From NCBI GenBank assembly GCA_963716175.1, contig OY970296.1, forward strand, positions 3,008,001 to 3,072,000: 64,000 nucleotides of DNA, written 5' to 3'. The notes under the pieces are model-generated. The model saw only the letters and a list, made by a program, of their open reading frames with translations, ran no database searches and was not told the DNA's origin. Of this stretch, positions 49,488-60,271 are shown one piece after another. Made by a program: the position numbers and the translations under genes. The DNA comes from an uncultured Armatimonadetes bacterium (GTDB lineage: Bacteria; Armatimonadota; Hebobacteria; Hebobacterales; Hebobacteraceae). Position 1 is the stretch's first letter; each line of letters starts with the position of its first letter.

Positions 49488-50454
49488 CTATTCTCCGACG
49501 ACCTCGATCTCTAGCTCCAGGTCAATCCCATATCGCCGGAGGGCCAGGGCGTGCGCTCGCGCGATCAGCTCTGTCATCTCCGCAGCGGTGGCGTCCCCCC
49601 GGTTGATCAGGAAGTTGGCGTGTTTGGCTGAGATCTGCCGCGTCGCCCAGCCGCGTCCCCTTGGCCCCCGCCCGGTCCAGCACTTTCCCCGCTGCCACCC
49701 CCCGCGGATTCTTGAACACGCTCCCCGCGGACCAGGCCCGCAGCGGCTGCCGGCCGGCCCGCTTCTGACGCAGCCGCTCCATCTTCGCCCTGATCTCTTC
49801 CTTGGGCGCGGGCTGCAGTTTCAGGCGCGCCGAGATCACCACTGCCTTGGCCGCGCAGATGCTGCTGTGGCGGTACCGGTAGGCGAGCTGCGCCGCGCTC
49901 CATTCCCGCAGTTCCCCCTGCTCCTCCAGCACCAGCGCTCCGGTCACCAGGTCGCCGATGCATCCCGTATCGGTGCCCGCGTTCGTGGCCAGCGCGCCCC
50001 CCAGGGTCCCCGGGATCCCCACCGTGGACTCCAGCCCGCTCAGGCCTACCTCCGCCGCCTCCTTCACCAGCCTTCCCAGCTTCACTCCACCTCCCGCCAC
50101 CACTCCCTGCTCCAGCCATTGCACCTCGCTGAAGTTCGGCGCCAGCCGGATCACGATCCCCCTGATCCCGCGGTCGCCCACCAGCAGGTTGCTGCCATTG
50201 CCGATCACCTTGGCCGGCAGCCCCGCCTCTCGGGCGAAGCGAACCGCCTCGGCCAGGTCCGCGATATCAGCTGGCAGCACGAAGATATCAGCGGGTCCCC
50301 CGATGTGAAAGGTGGTGTGCCGCGCCATCGGCTCGCAGAGCTTGACCACGCTGCCGGGTATGCGCTGGCTGAGCGTGAACGCGGCGTGCTCCAGCTCGCG
50401 GCGCTCTGGGGCCATCACTGGTGCTGCAATCAAGGTCTGCTGTCCCGTGCTCAT
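49488..50454 (-). CDS. murB: UDP-N-acetylenolpyruvoylglucosamine reductase (one-base frameshift near 49638)
   Basis: GNGSN, IPGTLGG, SAGSVFKNP; HANFLIN...LELEIEVVGE-stop lies in the shifted frame. Confidence 0.9.
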
Positions 50455-51851
50455 CTCTTCCCGGCGCTCTGCGGCAGTCTCGCGGGCTTCACTCCCAGGC
50501 GGAGCGCCAGCTCCCGCGCCGTCTCCCCGATGTCCCCCGCTCCCATCACCAGGATCACATCACCTGGTCGCGCCAACCTTGCCAACCCGGCCACCAGTGT
50601 CTGCTTCGCCATCTCAAACACGCCGTCCTCTCCTCGGCGCGTCCTCAGTGGGTCCGCGATCAGACGCGAACTCACCCCAGGGAGAGGAGCTTCGCGCGCC
50701 GGGTAGATCTCGGCCAGCGCCACCACATCGGCCGCCTCTAGGGCGCGGGCGAAGCCGCCCGCGAAATCGCGCGTCCGCGAGTACAGGTGGGGCTGAAAGA
50801 CCGCCACCAGACGTCGCCCTGGGAAGGCCGCTCGCGCCGCCGCAATGGTCGCGGTCAGCTCGCTCGGATGGTGTGCGTAGTCGTCCACCACCGTCACTCC
50901 GCCGCTCTCCCCCAACACCTCGAACCGGCGCTCCACACCCGTGAAGCCGGCCAGCGCGCGAAAGCACGAGGCCAGGGAAGCGCCGGCCCGCAGCGCGGTG
51001 GCGGTTGCCCCTAGCGCGTTCAGCACATTGTGCAGCCCCGGTGTCCCCAACCGCAGCTCGCCCTGGTCCCGGTTCTCCACCAGCAGCCGGCACCGTCCCC
51101 CCAGCCCGTCCGTAGTCGGCTCGGCTCCCCGCACCTGCGCGCCTTCGGTGAACCCGTAGCTCACCACCTCGCGCCCCACTCCCGCCGCCAGGGGGCGCAG
51201 CTCCTCCCGATCCGCGCACAGCACCGCGCATCCCCCGGGCACGATCCGGCCCAGGAACTCGGCAAAGCTCGCCCGCAGGTGGGCCTCGGTCTTATGGTGG
51301 TCCAGGTGATCGGCCTCGATGTTGGTCACCACCGCGATCTCGGGCCGCAGATCCAGGTAAGACTCATAGGCCTCGCACGCCTCCACCACCATCCACTCAC
51401 CCTGGCCCACTCGCGCGTTGCCGTCCAGTGCCGCGTGCTCCCCTCCCAGCACCACCGTCGGGTTCATCCCGGCCTCCAGCAGGATCAGGCCCACCATCGC
51501 CGTCACCGTGGTCTTGCCGTGCGTTCCTGCTACCGCTATCCCCCGGGAGCCGGCCATCAGCTTTGCCAGCAGCTCCGAGCGACGCTGCACCTGCAGCCCG
51601 AGTTCCCGCGCGCGCCTGAGCTCCGGGTTATCCTCGTGAATGGCGTCCGAGATCACCACCCGCTCCGCCCCCTGCACCAGCTCGGCCCGGTGTCCGATGG
51701 TCACGGCTGCTCCCCGCGCGGCCAGCTCCCGGGTCATCGCGGAAGCCTGCAGGTCCGATCCCGACACCTGCACTCCTCGCGCCAGCAGCAGCTTCGCCAG
51801 CGCGCTCATGCCGATCCCGCCGATGCCTACCAGGTGCACCCGCGCGCTCAC
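50451..51851 (-). CDS. murC: UDP-MurNAc-L-Ala ligase
   Basis: GIGGIGMS, GTHGKTT, DDYAHHP, FQPH. Confidence 0.95.
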   Translation of the reverse strand: MSARVHLVGIGGIGMSALAKLLLARGVQVSGSDLQASAMTRELAARGAAVTIGHRAELVQGAERVVISDAIHEDNPELRRARELGLQVQRRSELLAKLMAGSRGIAVAGTHGKTTVTAMVGLILLEAGMNPTVVLGGEHAALDGNARVGQGEWMVVEACEAYESYLDLRPEIAVVTNIEADHLDHHKTEAHLRASFAEFLGRIVPGGCAVLCADREELRPLAAGVGREVVSYGFTEGAQVRGAEPTTDGLGGRCRLLVENRDQGELRLGTPGLHNVLNALGATATALRAGASLASCFRALAGFTGVERRFEVLGESGGVTVVDDYAHHPSELTATIAAARAAFPGRRLVAVFQPHLYSRTRDFAGGFARALEAADVVALAEIYPAREAPLPGVSSRLIADPLRTRRGEDGVFEMAKQTLVAGLARLARPGDVILVMGAGDIGETARELALRLGVKPARLPQSAGKR

Positions 51852-53020
51852 GGCGCCTTCCCGACGCTCTCGGGCTCACGGCATTGGCGGGAGATGTTGA
51901 GCAGCAGTCCCATGCCGATCATCGAGAACAGCAGAGATGAACCTCCATAGCTGACGAAGGGGAGCGTCACCCCGGTGGCCGGAATGGAGCCGGTCACCAC
52001 TGCGATGTTCAGCAGCGCTTGCACCGCAATCACCGCGGTCACCCCGGCTGCCATCAGCCCCGAGAACCGATCCGGCGCGCGCCTGGCCACCTGCATCCCT
52101 CGCCACACCAGAAGGCCGAACAGGGCCAGCACCCCCCAGGTCGCGATCATCCCCAGCTCTTCCCCCACCACCGCCAGGATCGAATCCGTGGTGGCCGCCG
52201 GCAGGTAGAAGTACTTCTCCACGCTCCCACAGTAGCCACTCCCGGTGAGACCACCCGACCCCAGGGCGATCAATGACCTCGCCTTCTGGTAGCCTCCGAA
52301 CAGCTCCAGGTCGCGGCCCTTGCCCAGGACCTGGAGCCCGAAATCAACGATGCGGCGCACCTGGTAGGGATGGTGCCACAGCAGCACCCCGGCCGGGATC
52401 GCGGCCAGCGCTCCCGCCGCCAGCAGGTGGCGCATCCTCGCCCCAGCGACATGGAAGTATACCAGCATGGCCCCGAAGGTGACCGCCGCCGTCCCGGCAT
52501 CCGGCTCGATCGCGATCAGACCCACCACCACGAACATCACCAGGAAGGGCGGATAGGCTTCTGCCCGAGCCGACAGCCCCCGCGGGAAGTGCGCGAAGTA
52601 GCGGGCGGTCACGATCACCAGCACCAGCTTCGCCATCTCGCTGGGCTGGAAGCTGAGCGGACCCAGACTATACCAGGAATGCGCTCCATTTCTTCCGGGC
52701 ACAAAGAAGAGTCCCGCCAGCAGCGCCACCGTGAGCAGCAGGAGCGCCCAGGCGCTCTTCGCCAGCCGCTCCAGCCCGATCCGCATCGCCCCCATCATCC
52801 CCAGCACGCCCACTCCCACAAAGGCCACCTCGCGCAGCAGGTAGGAGAGCACGCTTCCGCCCTGCGAGGCCGCCACTGGTATGCTGGCGCTGTACACCAT
52901 CGCCACCCCCAGGCTCACCAGTGCCAGGGTGGGGATGAGCAGCCACAGATCAACGCCGCCGGCTTCCGCCGGTGCGAGGGAGGCCTGTGGCACCTGCAGC
53001 GCGCGGCTGGCCTGCGCCAC
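51848..53020 (-). CDS. ftsW: SEDS peptidoglycan polymerase FtsW
   Basis: FQPSE, EPDAG, LPAATTD, LPFVSYGGSS. Confidence 0.9.
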   Translation of the reverse strand: MAQASRALQVPQASLAPAEAGGVDLWLLIPTLALVSLGVAMVYSASIPVAASQGGSVLSYLLREVAFVGVGVLGMMGAMRIGLERLAKSAWALLLLTVALLAGLFFVPGRNGAHSWYSLGPLSFQPSEMAKLVLVIVTARYFAHFPRGLSARAEAYPPFLVMFVVVGLIAIEPDAGTAAVTFGAMLVYFHVAGARMRHLLAAGALAAIPAGVLLWHHPYQVRRIVDFGLQVLGKGRDLELFGGYQKARSLIALGSGGLTGSGYCGSVEKYFYLPAATTDSILAVVGEELGMIATWGVLALFGLLVWRGMQVARRAPDRFSGLMAAGVTAVIAVQALLNIAVVTGSIPATGVTLPFVSYGGSSLLFSMIGMGLLLNISRQCREPESVGKAP

Positions 53021-54393
53021 TAGCTGATCCCCTCCTTCGCCGTCAGCGCTTGCACCAGTCCCTTGAACCTCCGGCCCCGCTCCGCCATGTTCGCGAACAT
53101 ATCGAAGCTGGCGCAGGCCGGGGACATGAGCACCACCTCCCCGGGCCGCGCCCAACTGCGGGCCAGCTCTACTGCCTCCGCCAGGTCCTGCGCTCGCGCG
53201 ATCTCCCTCACACCTGCCGCCCCTGCTGCCTCTGCGATCTCCTCTGCCGCCTCGCCGATCACCACCAAAGATGCCTTCCGCCGCGCCATCGCCTCCCCCA
53301 GCGATCGGAAGTCGTGCACCTTCGGCCGTCCTCCCGCGATCAGGATCACCCTCTCCGCGAAGGCCTCCAGGCCCGCCACCGCCGCCTCCGGTGTGGTCGC
53401 CTGCGAATCATTCACGAATACCACACCTCCGACCATCCCAACTACCTCCAGCCTGTGCTCCAGACCAGTGAACCGCGCCAGTGTCTCGGACGCCTTCTCC
53501 AGCGATGCGCCGGCCGCCCGCGCCGCTGCCAACGCCGCCAGCACATTCCCGAGGTTGTGCTCTCCGCGAAGCCGCACTGCCGTTCGCCGGCAGATCCTTT
53601 CCCCGGCCACCCGCAGCCAGCCCGCGGCCGTATCCGCGCCGCCGGGCTCCGCTTGCTTGATGCTGTAAGCCATCAGCCGCGCCCGCGTCCAGTCCCGGAG
53701 GGACCAGGCCTCCGCGTCATCGTGGTTGATCACGGCCGTGTCTTCCGGTCCCTGATTCGCGAGTATCCGCGCCTTCGCCTCTCGGTAGGCCGCCACGCTC
53801 CCGTGCCGGTCGAGATGGTCGGGGAACAGGTTCAGTACCACCGCCACCCGGGGACGGAATCCCTGCGTCGCCTCCAGTTGGAAGCTGCTCACCTCGGCCA
53901 CCAGGAGATCGTCTGGCTCGGCCCTGTCGGCCAGCTCGATTAGCGGCCGCCCGATGTTGCCTCCGACCAGGGCCCGTTTGTCCTCAGCTTCGAGCAGCTC
54001 ACCAATCAGCGCGGTGGTGGTAGTCTTCCCCTTGCTCCCGGTGACTGCAACCATGGGGCAGGGCGCAATCCAGTAGGCCACCTCGATCTCGCTCACCACC
54101 GTCGCCCCGCGCTCGCGGGCGCGGAGTAGGGGAGGAATATCCAGCGGCACCCCCGGGCTGGGCACCACCAGCTCCGCCTGCTCGATGCCCTGGTAGGCCC
54201 GGTCTCCGGTGTGGATGGTCACGCCCGTGCCTTCCAGCGCGGCGATCTCGCCAGCCAGCTCTTCTGCCGGCTTGACATCGGACACCGCCACTGCCGCCCC
54301 CCGCGCTGCCAGCACCCGCGCCACCGCCCGGCCCGTGCCTAGACTGCCCAGGCCAATCACATGTACCCGCTTACCCGCGAACCTATCGTTCAT
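53020..54393 (-). CDS. murD: UDP-MurNAc-L-Ala-D-Glu ligase
   Basis: SPGVP, GSKGKTTT, EVSSFQL, HRLE, SPACASFD. Confidence 0.95.
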   Translation of the reverse strand: MNDRFAGKRVHVIGLGSLGTGRAVARVLAARGAAVAVSDVKPAEELAGEIAALEGTGVTIHTGDRAYQGIEQAELVVPSPGVPLDIPPLLRARERGATVVSEIEVAYWIAPCPMVAVTGSKGKTTTTALIGELLEAEDKRALVGGNIGRPLIELADRAEPDDLLVAEVSSFQLEATQGFRPRVAVVLNLFPDHLDRHGSVAAYREAKARILANQGPEDTAVINHDDAEAWSLRDWTRARLMAYSIKQAEPGGADTAAGWLRVAGERICRRTAVRLRGEHNLGNVLAALAAARAAGASLEKASETLARFTGLEHRLEVVGMVGGVVFVNDSQATTPEAAVAGLEAFAERVILIAGGRPKVHDFRSLGEAMARRKASLVVIGEAAEEIAEAAGAAGVREIARAQDLAEAVELARSWARPGEVVLMSPACASFDMFANMAERGRRFKGLVQALTAKEGIS

Positions 54394-54397
54394 CCCT

Positions 54398-54423
54398 GTT
54401 GGGCAGGGGCTTGCCCCTGCCAC
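54398..54423 (-). repeat. GTGG-type REP-like palindrome between mraY and murD
   Basis: GTGGCAGGGGC-AA-GCCCCTGCC on the minus strand. Confidence 0.55.
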
Positions 54424-54447
54424 CTGTTCGTTCTCAATGCCGGCGAG

Positions 54448-55464
54448 TCACAGGGGAGAGGCGAAGACTCCCGTCGTGACCCATGCCGCTACCAGGGCAA
54501 CCGTCCAGAATGTCCAGACCACGCGCCGCTCTGACCATCCGGAAAGCTCGAAGTGATGGTGCAGCGGGCTCATCCTGAAGACCCGCCTACCCGTCGCCTT
54601 GAAAGACACGACTTGCACGATAACTGAAGCTTCCTCGAGAAACGGCACTAGGCACAGCCCAATGAGAGCAACTGGGCTGTCGAGAGACGCGGCCATCGCT
54701 GCCATCGCGCCGCCCAACGCGAGCGAGCCAACATCACCCATGAACACCCGCGCCGGGTACCGGTTGAACCACAGGAACCCAAGGCAACCCCCAGCTATAC
54801 CGAACGCTAGAAGGGTCACATCTGGAGCCGGCCCCGTCACCATGTTCGGCAGAGCTCCGCCAAGCGCAGCGAACCCAAGCGCGCCGATGACCGACAAGCC
54901 CGAGGCGAGTCCATCCAGCCCGTCGGCAAGGTTCATCGCGTTCGACGTGGCAACGACCGCAAGCGCCCAGAACGCTATTCGCCAAGCGTGCCATTCTAAC
55001 GTCGCGGGCAGGGCACTTGGGCGGCCAAACGCCAGAGCAAGCACGAGCGCCGCGGCAACGATGAACTCCAGCGCCATCTTCTGGCGCGCCTTCAGCCCCA
55101 GTGACCGCCCCCTCTTGATCTTCAGCCGGTCGTCGGCGAAGCCGATCCCAGCGAATAGTGCCGTTGCCCCGACCATCGCCGCGAACCGGACTGGCGAAGC
55201 CTGGAGATCAGGCGGTAGAAGGGAATACGCGAGGACCGCGGCGACGAGGGAGGCACTGACTATGAGTATGCCTCCCATGGTGGGTGTGCCCTCCTTCTTC
55301 AGGTGCCTCTGCGGCCCGTCATCTCTCACTCGCTGGCCCGCCCCAGCTCGTTTCAGCCAGCCAATCATGGGGCGACCAAATGCCAGCACTAGCAGTAGGG
55401 AAGCGACTGGTGCTAGCCCCAGGGCTACGGCGACTCTGGTCTGTGGCACGAGAAAGCTAAGCAC
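54448..55464 (-). CDS. mraY: Phospho-MurNAc-pentapeptide translocase
   Basis: KEGTPTMGG, DGLDGL, FMGDVGS, MSPLHHHFE. Confidence 0.95.
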   Translation of the reverse strand: MLSFLVPQTRVAVALGLAPVASLLLVLAFGRPMIGWLKRAGAGQRVRDDGPQRHLKKEGTPTMGGILIVSASLVAAVLAYSLLPPDLQASPVRFAAMVGATALFAGIGFADDRLKIKRGRSLGLKARQKMALEFIVAAALVLALAFGRPSALPATLEWHAWRIAFWALAVVATSNAMNLADGLDGLASGLSVIGALGFAALGGALPNMVTGPAPDVTLLAFGIAGGCLGFLWFNRYPARVFMGDVGSLALGGAMAAMAASLDSPVALIGLCLVPFLEEASVIVQVVSFKATGRRVFRMSPLHHHFELSGWSERRVVWTFWTVALVAAWVTTGVFASPL

Positions 55465-56830
55465 CCGTCGCCTCTCCGAGCAGCACCCTCACGATCTCCT
55501 CCATCCGCATTGCCCGCGAGCCCTTCACCAGCACCACATCTCCGGCCTGGATCCTCTGATCCACCTCCCGCGCCGCGGCCGCGTTGTCCGCCGCCTCGGT
55601 TACATCGCTCAAGCCTGACCTCGCCCCCTCCGCGATGTAATGGCCCAGCTCTCCCACCGTCACCAGCCCCGCCACCCTCAACGCCGCCGCCAGCTCGCCC
55701 ACCTCGCGATGCCACTCCGCGGTCATGGGCCCCAGCTCTTTCATATCCCCCAGCACCGCCCACTTGCGCTTCCCCGGCAGGTCGGCGAGCAACTCCAGCG
55801 CCACCCGCATCGAGTCCGGGGCCGCGTTGTAGCTGTCGTTGATCACCGTGAAGCCACCGGGAGCCGGTACGATCTGGCCCCTCATATCCGCCGCCTCGAA
55901 CGCGGACAGGCCGGCAGCCACCCATTCCGGTTTCCCCCCTGCCGCCATCGCCGCGGCCGCCGCGGCCGCCGCGTTCAGCGCCTGGTGTCGCCCCGCAGCC
56001 TTCAGGTGGATCTCCTGCTCTCCCCCCCAGCCGCGCAGCACGAACCGCACGCTCCCGTCCGCGCTCAGGCTCACATCAGCGGCCCTAACCTGGGCCGCCG
56101 GTCCCTGCCCGAAGGAGACCGTTCGCGCCGGGCTCCGCTGCCGCAGGAAATCGAAGAAATCATCGTCCGCGTTCAGCACCGCAGTCCCGTCCGCCGGCAG
56201 CGCCGTCAGCAACTCCGCCTTGGCTTCCGCGATCGCCTGCCGGCTGCCCAGCAGCTCCAAATGGGACACCCCCACATTCGTGATCACACCCACCTGGGGT
56301 CGTGCCATCGCTGCCAGATAAGCGATCTGCCCCCGCCCCCGCATGGCCAGCTCCACTACCGCCGCTTGCTGCTGCTCGTCCAGCTCCAACAGCGCCAGCG
56401 GCACGCCAATCTCGTTGTTGTAGTTCCCCGGCGTCCGCGCGGTGGGCCCCCCCTGCGAGAGAATCGCCGCCACCATCTCCTTGGTCGTGGTCTTACCAGT
56501 GCTGCCCGTGACTGCGATCACCTGCACCGGCACTGCCGCCCGATGCGCGGCCGCGATCCCGCCCAGGGCCTCGAGCGTATCCTCCACCAGGATCAATGGA
56601 CCCGTGGCGGCTATCCCCAGGGCCACCACCGCCGCACCGGCTCCGCGGCTGAACGCCTCCTCCACGAACGCGTGTCCATCGAACCGCTCTCCCTTGAGCG
56701 CAACGAACAGCGCGCCCACAGATAACCTCCGAGTATCGGTTGAGACCCCATAGAAAGCCGTCGGCGCTGCTCCTCGCAGCACTCTCCCACCCGTTGCTCT
56801 CAGCACCGTGTCCAGGGTGATCTCAGCCAC
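55457..56830 (-). CDS. murF: UDP-MurNAc-tripeptide D-Ala-D-Ala ligase
   Basis: GSTGKTTTKE, NNEIGVP, DSYNA, KGSR. Confidence 0.95.
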   Translation of the reverse strand: MAEITLDTVLRATGGRVLRGAAPTAFYGVSTDTRRLSVGALFVALKGERFDGHAFVEEAFSRGAGAAVVALGIAATGPLILVEDTLEALGGIAAAHRAAVPVQVIAVTGSTGKTTTKEMVAAILSQGGPTARTPGNYNNEIGVPLALLELDEQQQAAVVELAMRGRGQIAYLAAMARPQVGVITNVGVSHLELLGSRQAIAEAKAELLTALPADGTAVLNADDDFFDFLRQRSPARTVSFGQGPAAQVRAADVSLSADGSVRFVLRGWGGEQEIHLKAAGRHQALNAAAAAAAAMAAGGKPEWVAAGLSAFEAADMRGQIVPAPGGFTVINDSYNAAPDSMRVALELLADLPGKRKWAVLGDMKELGPMTAEWHREVGELAAALRVAGLVTVGELGHYIAEGARSGLSDVTEAADNAAAAREVDQRIQAGDVVLVKGSRAMRMEEIVRVLLGEATGA

Positions 56831-58355
56831 CGGGTTCCCCCTCCATCTCCTGGATCACCGCCTCCGCCACTTCCCGGTCATCGAAGTGAATGGTGCGGTC
56901 GGCGAAGATCTGATAGTCCTCGTGCCCCTTGCCGGCGATCAGCACCACATCCTCCGGCCTCGCCTCCTCGATCGCCCGCCGGATTGCCGCTTCCCAATCC
57001 CCCTCCACCAGGCAGCGCCTCCGCGCCTCTTCGGGAATCCCGGCCAGGATCTCCTCGATGATCACCTCCGGCCGCTCGCTGCGGGGGTTGTCCGAAGTCA
57101 CCAGGCAGCGATCTGCCAGCCGGCTCGCGATCTCCCCCATCACCGGCCGCTTGCTGCGATCTCGGTCTCCGCCGCAGCCGAACACGACAATCACCCGGCC
57201 GCGGGCGAGCTGCCGCGCCGCCTCCAGTGACCGGGTCAGGCCGTCCGGGGTGTGCGCATAGTCCACGAGCACGGTATGCGTTCGTGACGGCACTCGCTCC
57301 AATCTCCCCCGCACCGGCTCCATGCTCTCCAGGCCGGCGCGCGCGGCCTCCGCCGGGATCCCCAGTCCAAAGCAGGCCGCTATCGCGCCCAGAGCGTTGG
57401 AGACATTGAACCGGCCCAGCAAGCGCATCCTGATCCGTTCCTGGCCGGAAGGGATCACGGCCACGAAGGTCGTGCCATCCGCTCCCAGTTCCACCTTCTC
57501 TGCCCGGCAGTCCGCCTTGCTCTCCAGCGCGTAGGTCAGGGTCTGCCCCAGAGCCTTCGCGCAGAGCTCTCTCCCGGCCTCGTCATCCACGTTCACCGCG
57601 TTCACGCGCTGCCCATGGGCTGGCAGGTATTGCCGATCCTCGAACAGCCGACGCTTCGCCTCCAGGTAGGCCTTCATATCGCTGTGGAAATCGAGATGCT
57701 CCGGGGTCAGGTTGGTGAACACCGCCGCCCTGAATTGGCAGCCGTCTGCCCGGTGCAGAGAGAGCGCATGGGATGATACCTCCATCGCGGCATGGGTGGC
57801 GCCCTCCGCCACCAGCTCGGCCAGCAGGGCCTGCAGGTCTATCGCTTCCGGGGTGGTGTGCACTGCCTTGCGTCGGGCGGCGCCGATCCGGTACTCCAGG
57901 GTCCCGATCACTCCGCTCTCGTGGCCTGCCGCGCGGAAGATGGCGTCCATCATCAGCGCGGTGGTGGTCTTGCCATTGGTGCCGGTGATGCCAGCCAGGG
58001 TGAGGTGGGACGAAGGCTCGTCGTAGAAAGCACGCGCCACCGCCGCCATTGCCGCCCGGGTATCCGCCACTACTGCGATGGCGCCCCCCGGTGGCGCTGC
58101 CATTCCCAGCTCGCGGCCTGCCTCCACCACCAGTGCTCCCGCCCTTCTCGCCAGCGCCTCGGGGATGAAGCGATGTCCGTCGGTCCGCTCGCCTCGCACG
58201 CAGAAGAACGCAAACCCTGGACCCACCCGCCGCGAATCGTAGGCCAGCCCGGTCACCTCCACCTGACCGTTGCCGATGATGCGGGCCCCTGCTGACGACT
58301 CCACCAGAGCCGCGAGCGACTTCACCCGCCTCGAATCCGCCGCCCTGCCTCCCAC
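56823..58355 (-). CDS. murE: UDP-MurNAc-dipeptide ligase (meso-DAP-type DNPR motif)
   Basis: GTNGKTT, MEVSSH, DYAHTPD, SDNPR, GKGHE. Confidence 0.95.
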   Translation of the reverse strand: MGGRAADSRRVKSLAALVESSAGARIIGNGQVEVTGLAYDSRRVGPGFAFFCVRGERTDGHRFIPEALARRAGALVVEAGRELGMAAPPGGAIAVVADTRAAMAAVARAFYDEPSSHLTLAGITGTNGKTTTALMMDAIFRAAGHESGVIGTLEYRIGAARRKAVHTTPEAIDLQALLAELVAEGATHAAMEVSSHALSLHRADGCQFRAAVFTNLTPEHLDFHSDMKAYLEAKRRLFEDRQYLPAHGQRVNAVNVDDEAGRELCAKALGQTLTYALESKADCRAEKVELGADGTTFVAVIPSGQERIRMRLLGRFNVSNALGAIAACFGLGIPAEAARAGLESMEPVRGRLERVPSRTHTVLVDYAHTPDGLTRSLEAARQLARGRVIVVFGCGGDRDRSKRPVMGEIASRLADRCLVTSDNPRSERPEVIIEEILAGIPEEARRRCLVEGDWEAAIRRAIEEARPEDVVLIAGKGHEDYQIFADRTIHFDDREVAEAVIQEMEGEPGG

Positions 58356-58447
58356 TGCGACACAGATCCCTTTCCAGCTATCATTATACTACAGCAGCAG
58401 ATGCCTCGACTCGCCTGCCTCACCCCAGCATCGCCGCTCCTATACCC

Positions 58448-60259
58448 TCAGTCGGCTCCCAGCGCACGCTGGTTGACCTGAAGGCCGCGGGCCGAGGCCA
58501 TCCGGCGGTCGGGCGCGATCTCATCTGGCGGCACCCGCAGGTAGGCCAGGCTGCGTTCGCAGATCTCTCGGAAGGCGGGCGCGGCCACCACGCCCCCGTA
58601 GTGTCCGCCCTTGGGCTCATCAATCACCACCAGCATTCCCAGCCGGGGCTTGTCCACCGGCGCGAACCCCACGAACGAGCCGATGTACTTGCCGGAATGG
58701 TATCCCGCCTCGGGCGTGGGCTTCTGGGCCGTCCCGGTCTTGCCCGCCACCCGCCGGGCGGGGATGGCCGCCCTCTTGCCGGTCCCCTCTTCCACTGCTT
58801 TCTCCAGCGCCGCCCGCAGCCGCTCGCAGGTCGCCGTAGAGAGCACCGGCTTTGGCTGCGGCGGCGTGGGCCGCTCCACTCTGCCCCCTGGGTCAATCAC
58901 CATCTTCACCAGTCGGGGCGACACCAGTTTCCCGCCGTTCGCTACCGCGCAGTAAGCTCTCAACAACTGCAGCGCGGTGACGCTCACCCCCTGCCCGAAG
59001 CCCACATTCGCCACCTGCACCTGCGACCAGGTCTCCGGCGGCATCAGCAGCCCCGCCGACTCTCCCGCTAGCTCCACACCGGTTTGGTGCCCAAAGCCAA
59101 GCCGGTCGGCCCACCGGTACAGCCGCTTCGCCCCCAGCGCCAGCGCCACCGTCCCCATCCCCACATTGCACGACTCGATGATCATGTGGTCCAGGTCCAG
59201 CGTGCCGTGCGCTCGGCTGCCCGAGTGCAGGGCGCAGCTGATGGTCCGGTTCCCCACGGCCCGGCTCCCGGTGCAGGTATAGGTCTCCCCGTGGCTCATC
59301 ACCCCTTCTTCGATCGCGGCGCAGGCGGTGATCAGCTTGAAGGTGGACCCGGGCTCATACGGACTCACCACCGCGTGGCTCACCCAGCTCTTGGGTCCGT
59401 AGCGCTTGAACTCGTTGGGGTCGAAGCCGGGCTGCGTGGCCAGCGCCAGAATCTCACCGCTCTCGGGATCCATCACGATGGCCGCGCCACCGCTGGCGTT
59501 CGCCGCCTCCACCGCCTTCGCCAGTGCCTCCTCGGCGATCGCCTGGATGTCGAGGTCAATGGTGAGCACGACACTGCTCCCAGGGACCATGTCCTTCACC
59601 ACCACACTGCGCCCGGGGATCTGGTCTCGTGATCGCGCCTGCCGGCCATCCAGCATCACCAGCGTCTCCCCGTCCACCCCCGCAAGGCGCCGGTCCAGGG
59701 CGGCCTCGGTCCCGCCCAGGCCCTTGTGGTCCTTGCCCACGAACCCGAGCAGTGCCGCCGCCGTCTGCTCGTGGGGATAGGCTCTCCTCCACTCCGTGGT
59801 TACGATCAAGCCCGGGCAGTCGAGCTGGCGAATCGCCTCCGCCACCGGCTCATCCACAGTCGCGCGCAGCGGCACGTATCGCACCTTCTTCCCCGGCCCG
59901 GAGTCCTCCCCGAAGCTCAGCTTGCTCTCCAGCTGTGCCACTGGCATGCGCAGCAGCGGCGCCAACTGCTTTGCCGTCGCCGTCGGATCGCCGATCAGCT
60001 TTGGGTCGGCCGCCACCGAGAACAGCTTCAGGTTCAGAGCCAGCGGGTTGCCGTTGCGATCGTAGATCAGGCCTCGGGGGGAGCGGATGGGCCAGGCTCG
60101 GCCGCCCGTCTGCTTTGCTTTCTCCCGGTACGCGGAGTGGAACACCAGCTGTACGAAAAACAGCTTGAGCGCCAGCGCAGCCAGCAGCAGCATTGCCACC
60201 GCCGCCCAGCGGGCGCCCCGGCGGGCGATCTGCCTGCGGCCGTCGTCTTCCATGCCCAT
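58448..60259 (-). CDS. ftsI: Class B penicillin-binding protein (FtsI/SpoVD-like)
   Basis: RGLIYDRNG, EPGSTFK (SxxK), SCN (SxN), KTGTAQ. Confidence 0.9.
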   Translation of the reverse strand: MGMEDDGRRQIARRGARWAAVAMLLLAALALKLFFVQLVFHSAYREKAKQTGGRAWPIRSPRGLIYDRNGNPLALNLKLFSVAADPKLIGDPTATAKQLAPLLRMPVAQLESKLSFGEDSGPGKKVRYVPLRATVDEPVAEAIRQLDCPGLIVTTEWRRAYPHEQTAAALLGFVGKDHKGLGGTEAALDRRLAGVDGETLVMLDGRQARSRDQIPGRSVVVKDMVPGSSVVLTIDLDIQAIAEEALAKAVEAANASGGAAIVMDPESGEILALATQPGFDPNEFKRYGPKSWVSHAVVSPYEPGSTFKLITACAAIEEGVMSHGETYTCTGSRAVGNRTISCALHSGSRAHGTLDLDHMIIESCNVGMGTVALALGAKRLYRWADRLGFGHQTGVELAGESAGLLMPPETWSQVQVANVGFGQGVSVTALQLLRAYCAVANGGKLVSPRLVKMVIDPGGRVERPTPPQPKPVLSTATCERLRAALEKAVEEGTGKRAAIPARRVAGKTGTAQKPTPEAGYHSGKYIGSFVGFAPVDKPRLGMLVVIDEPKGGHYGGVVAAPAFREICERSLAYLRVPPDEIAPDRRMASARGLQVNQRALGAD

Positions 60260-60271
60260 CCCTCTCCTGGG

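Noticed and set aside
49488-49640. murB frameshift as a real pseudogene or programmed frameshift (likewise rhomboid ~39833, the 34264 gene ~34968 and the 41-42 kb gene)
   Set aside because: murB is normally essential, the downstream frame is intact and there is no slippery site. Several scattered one-base indels point to assembly consensus errors.
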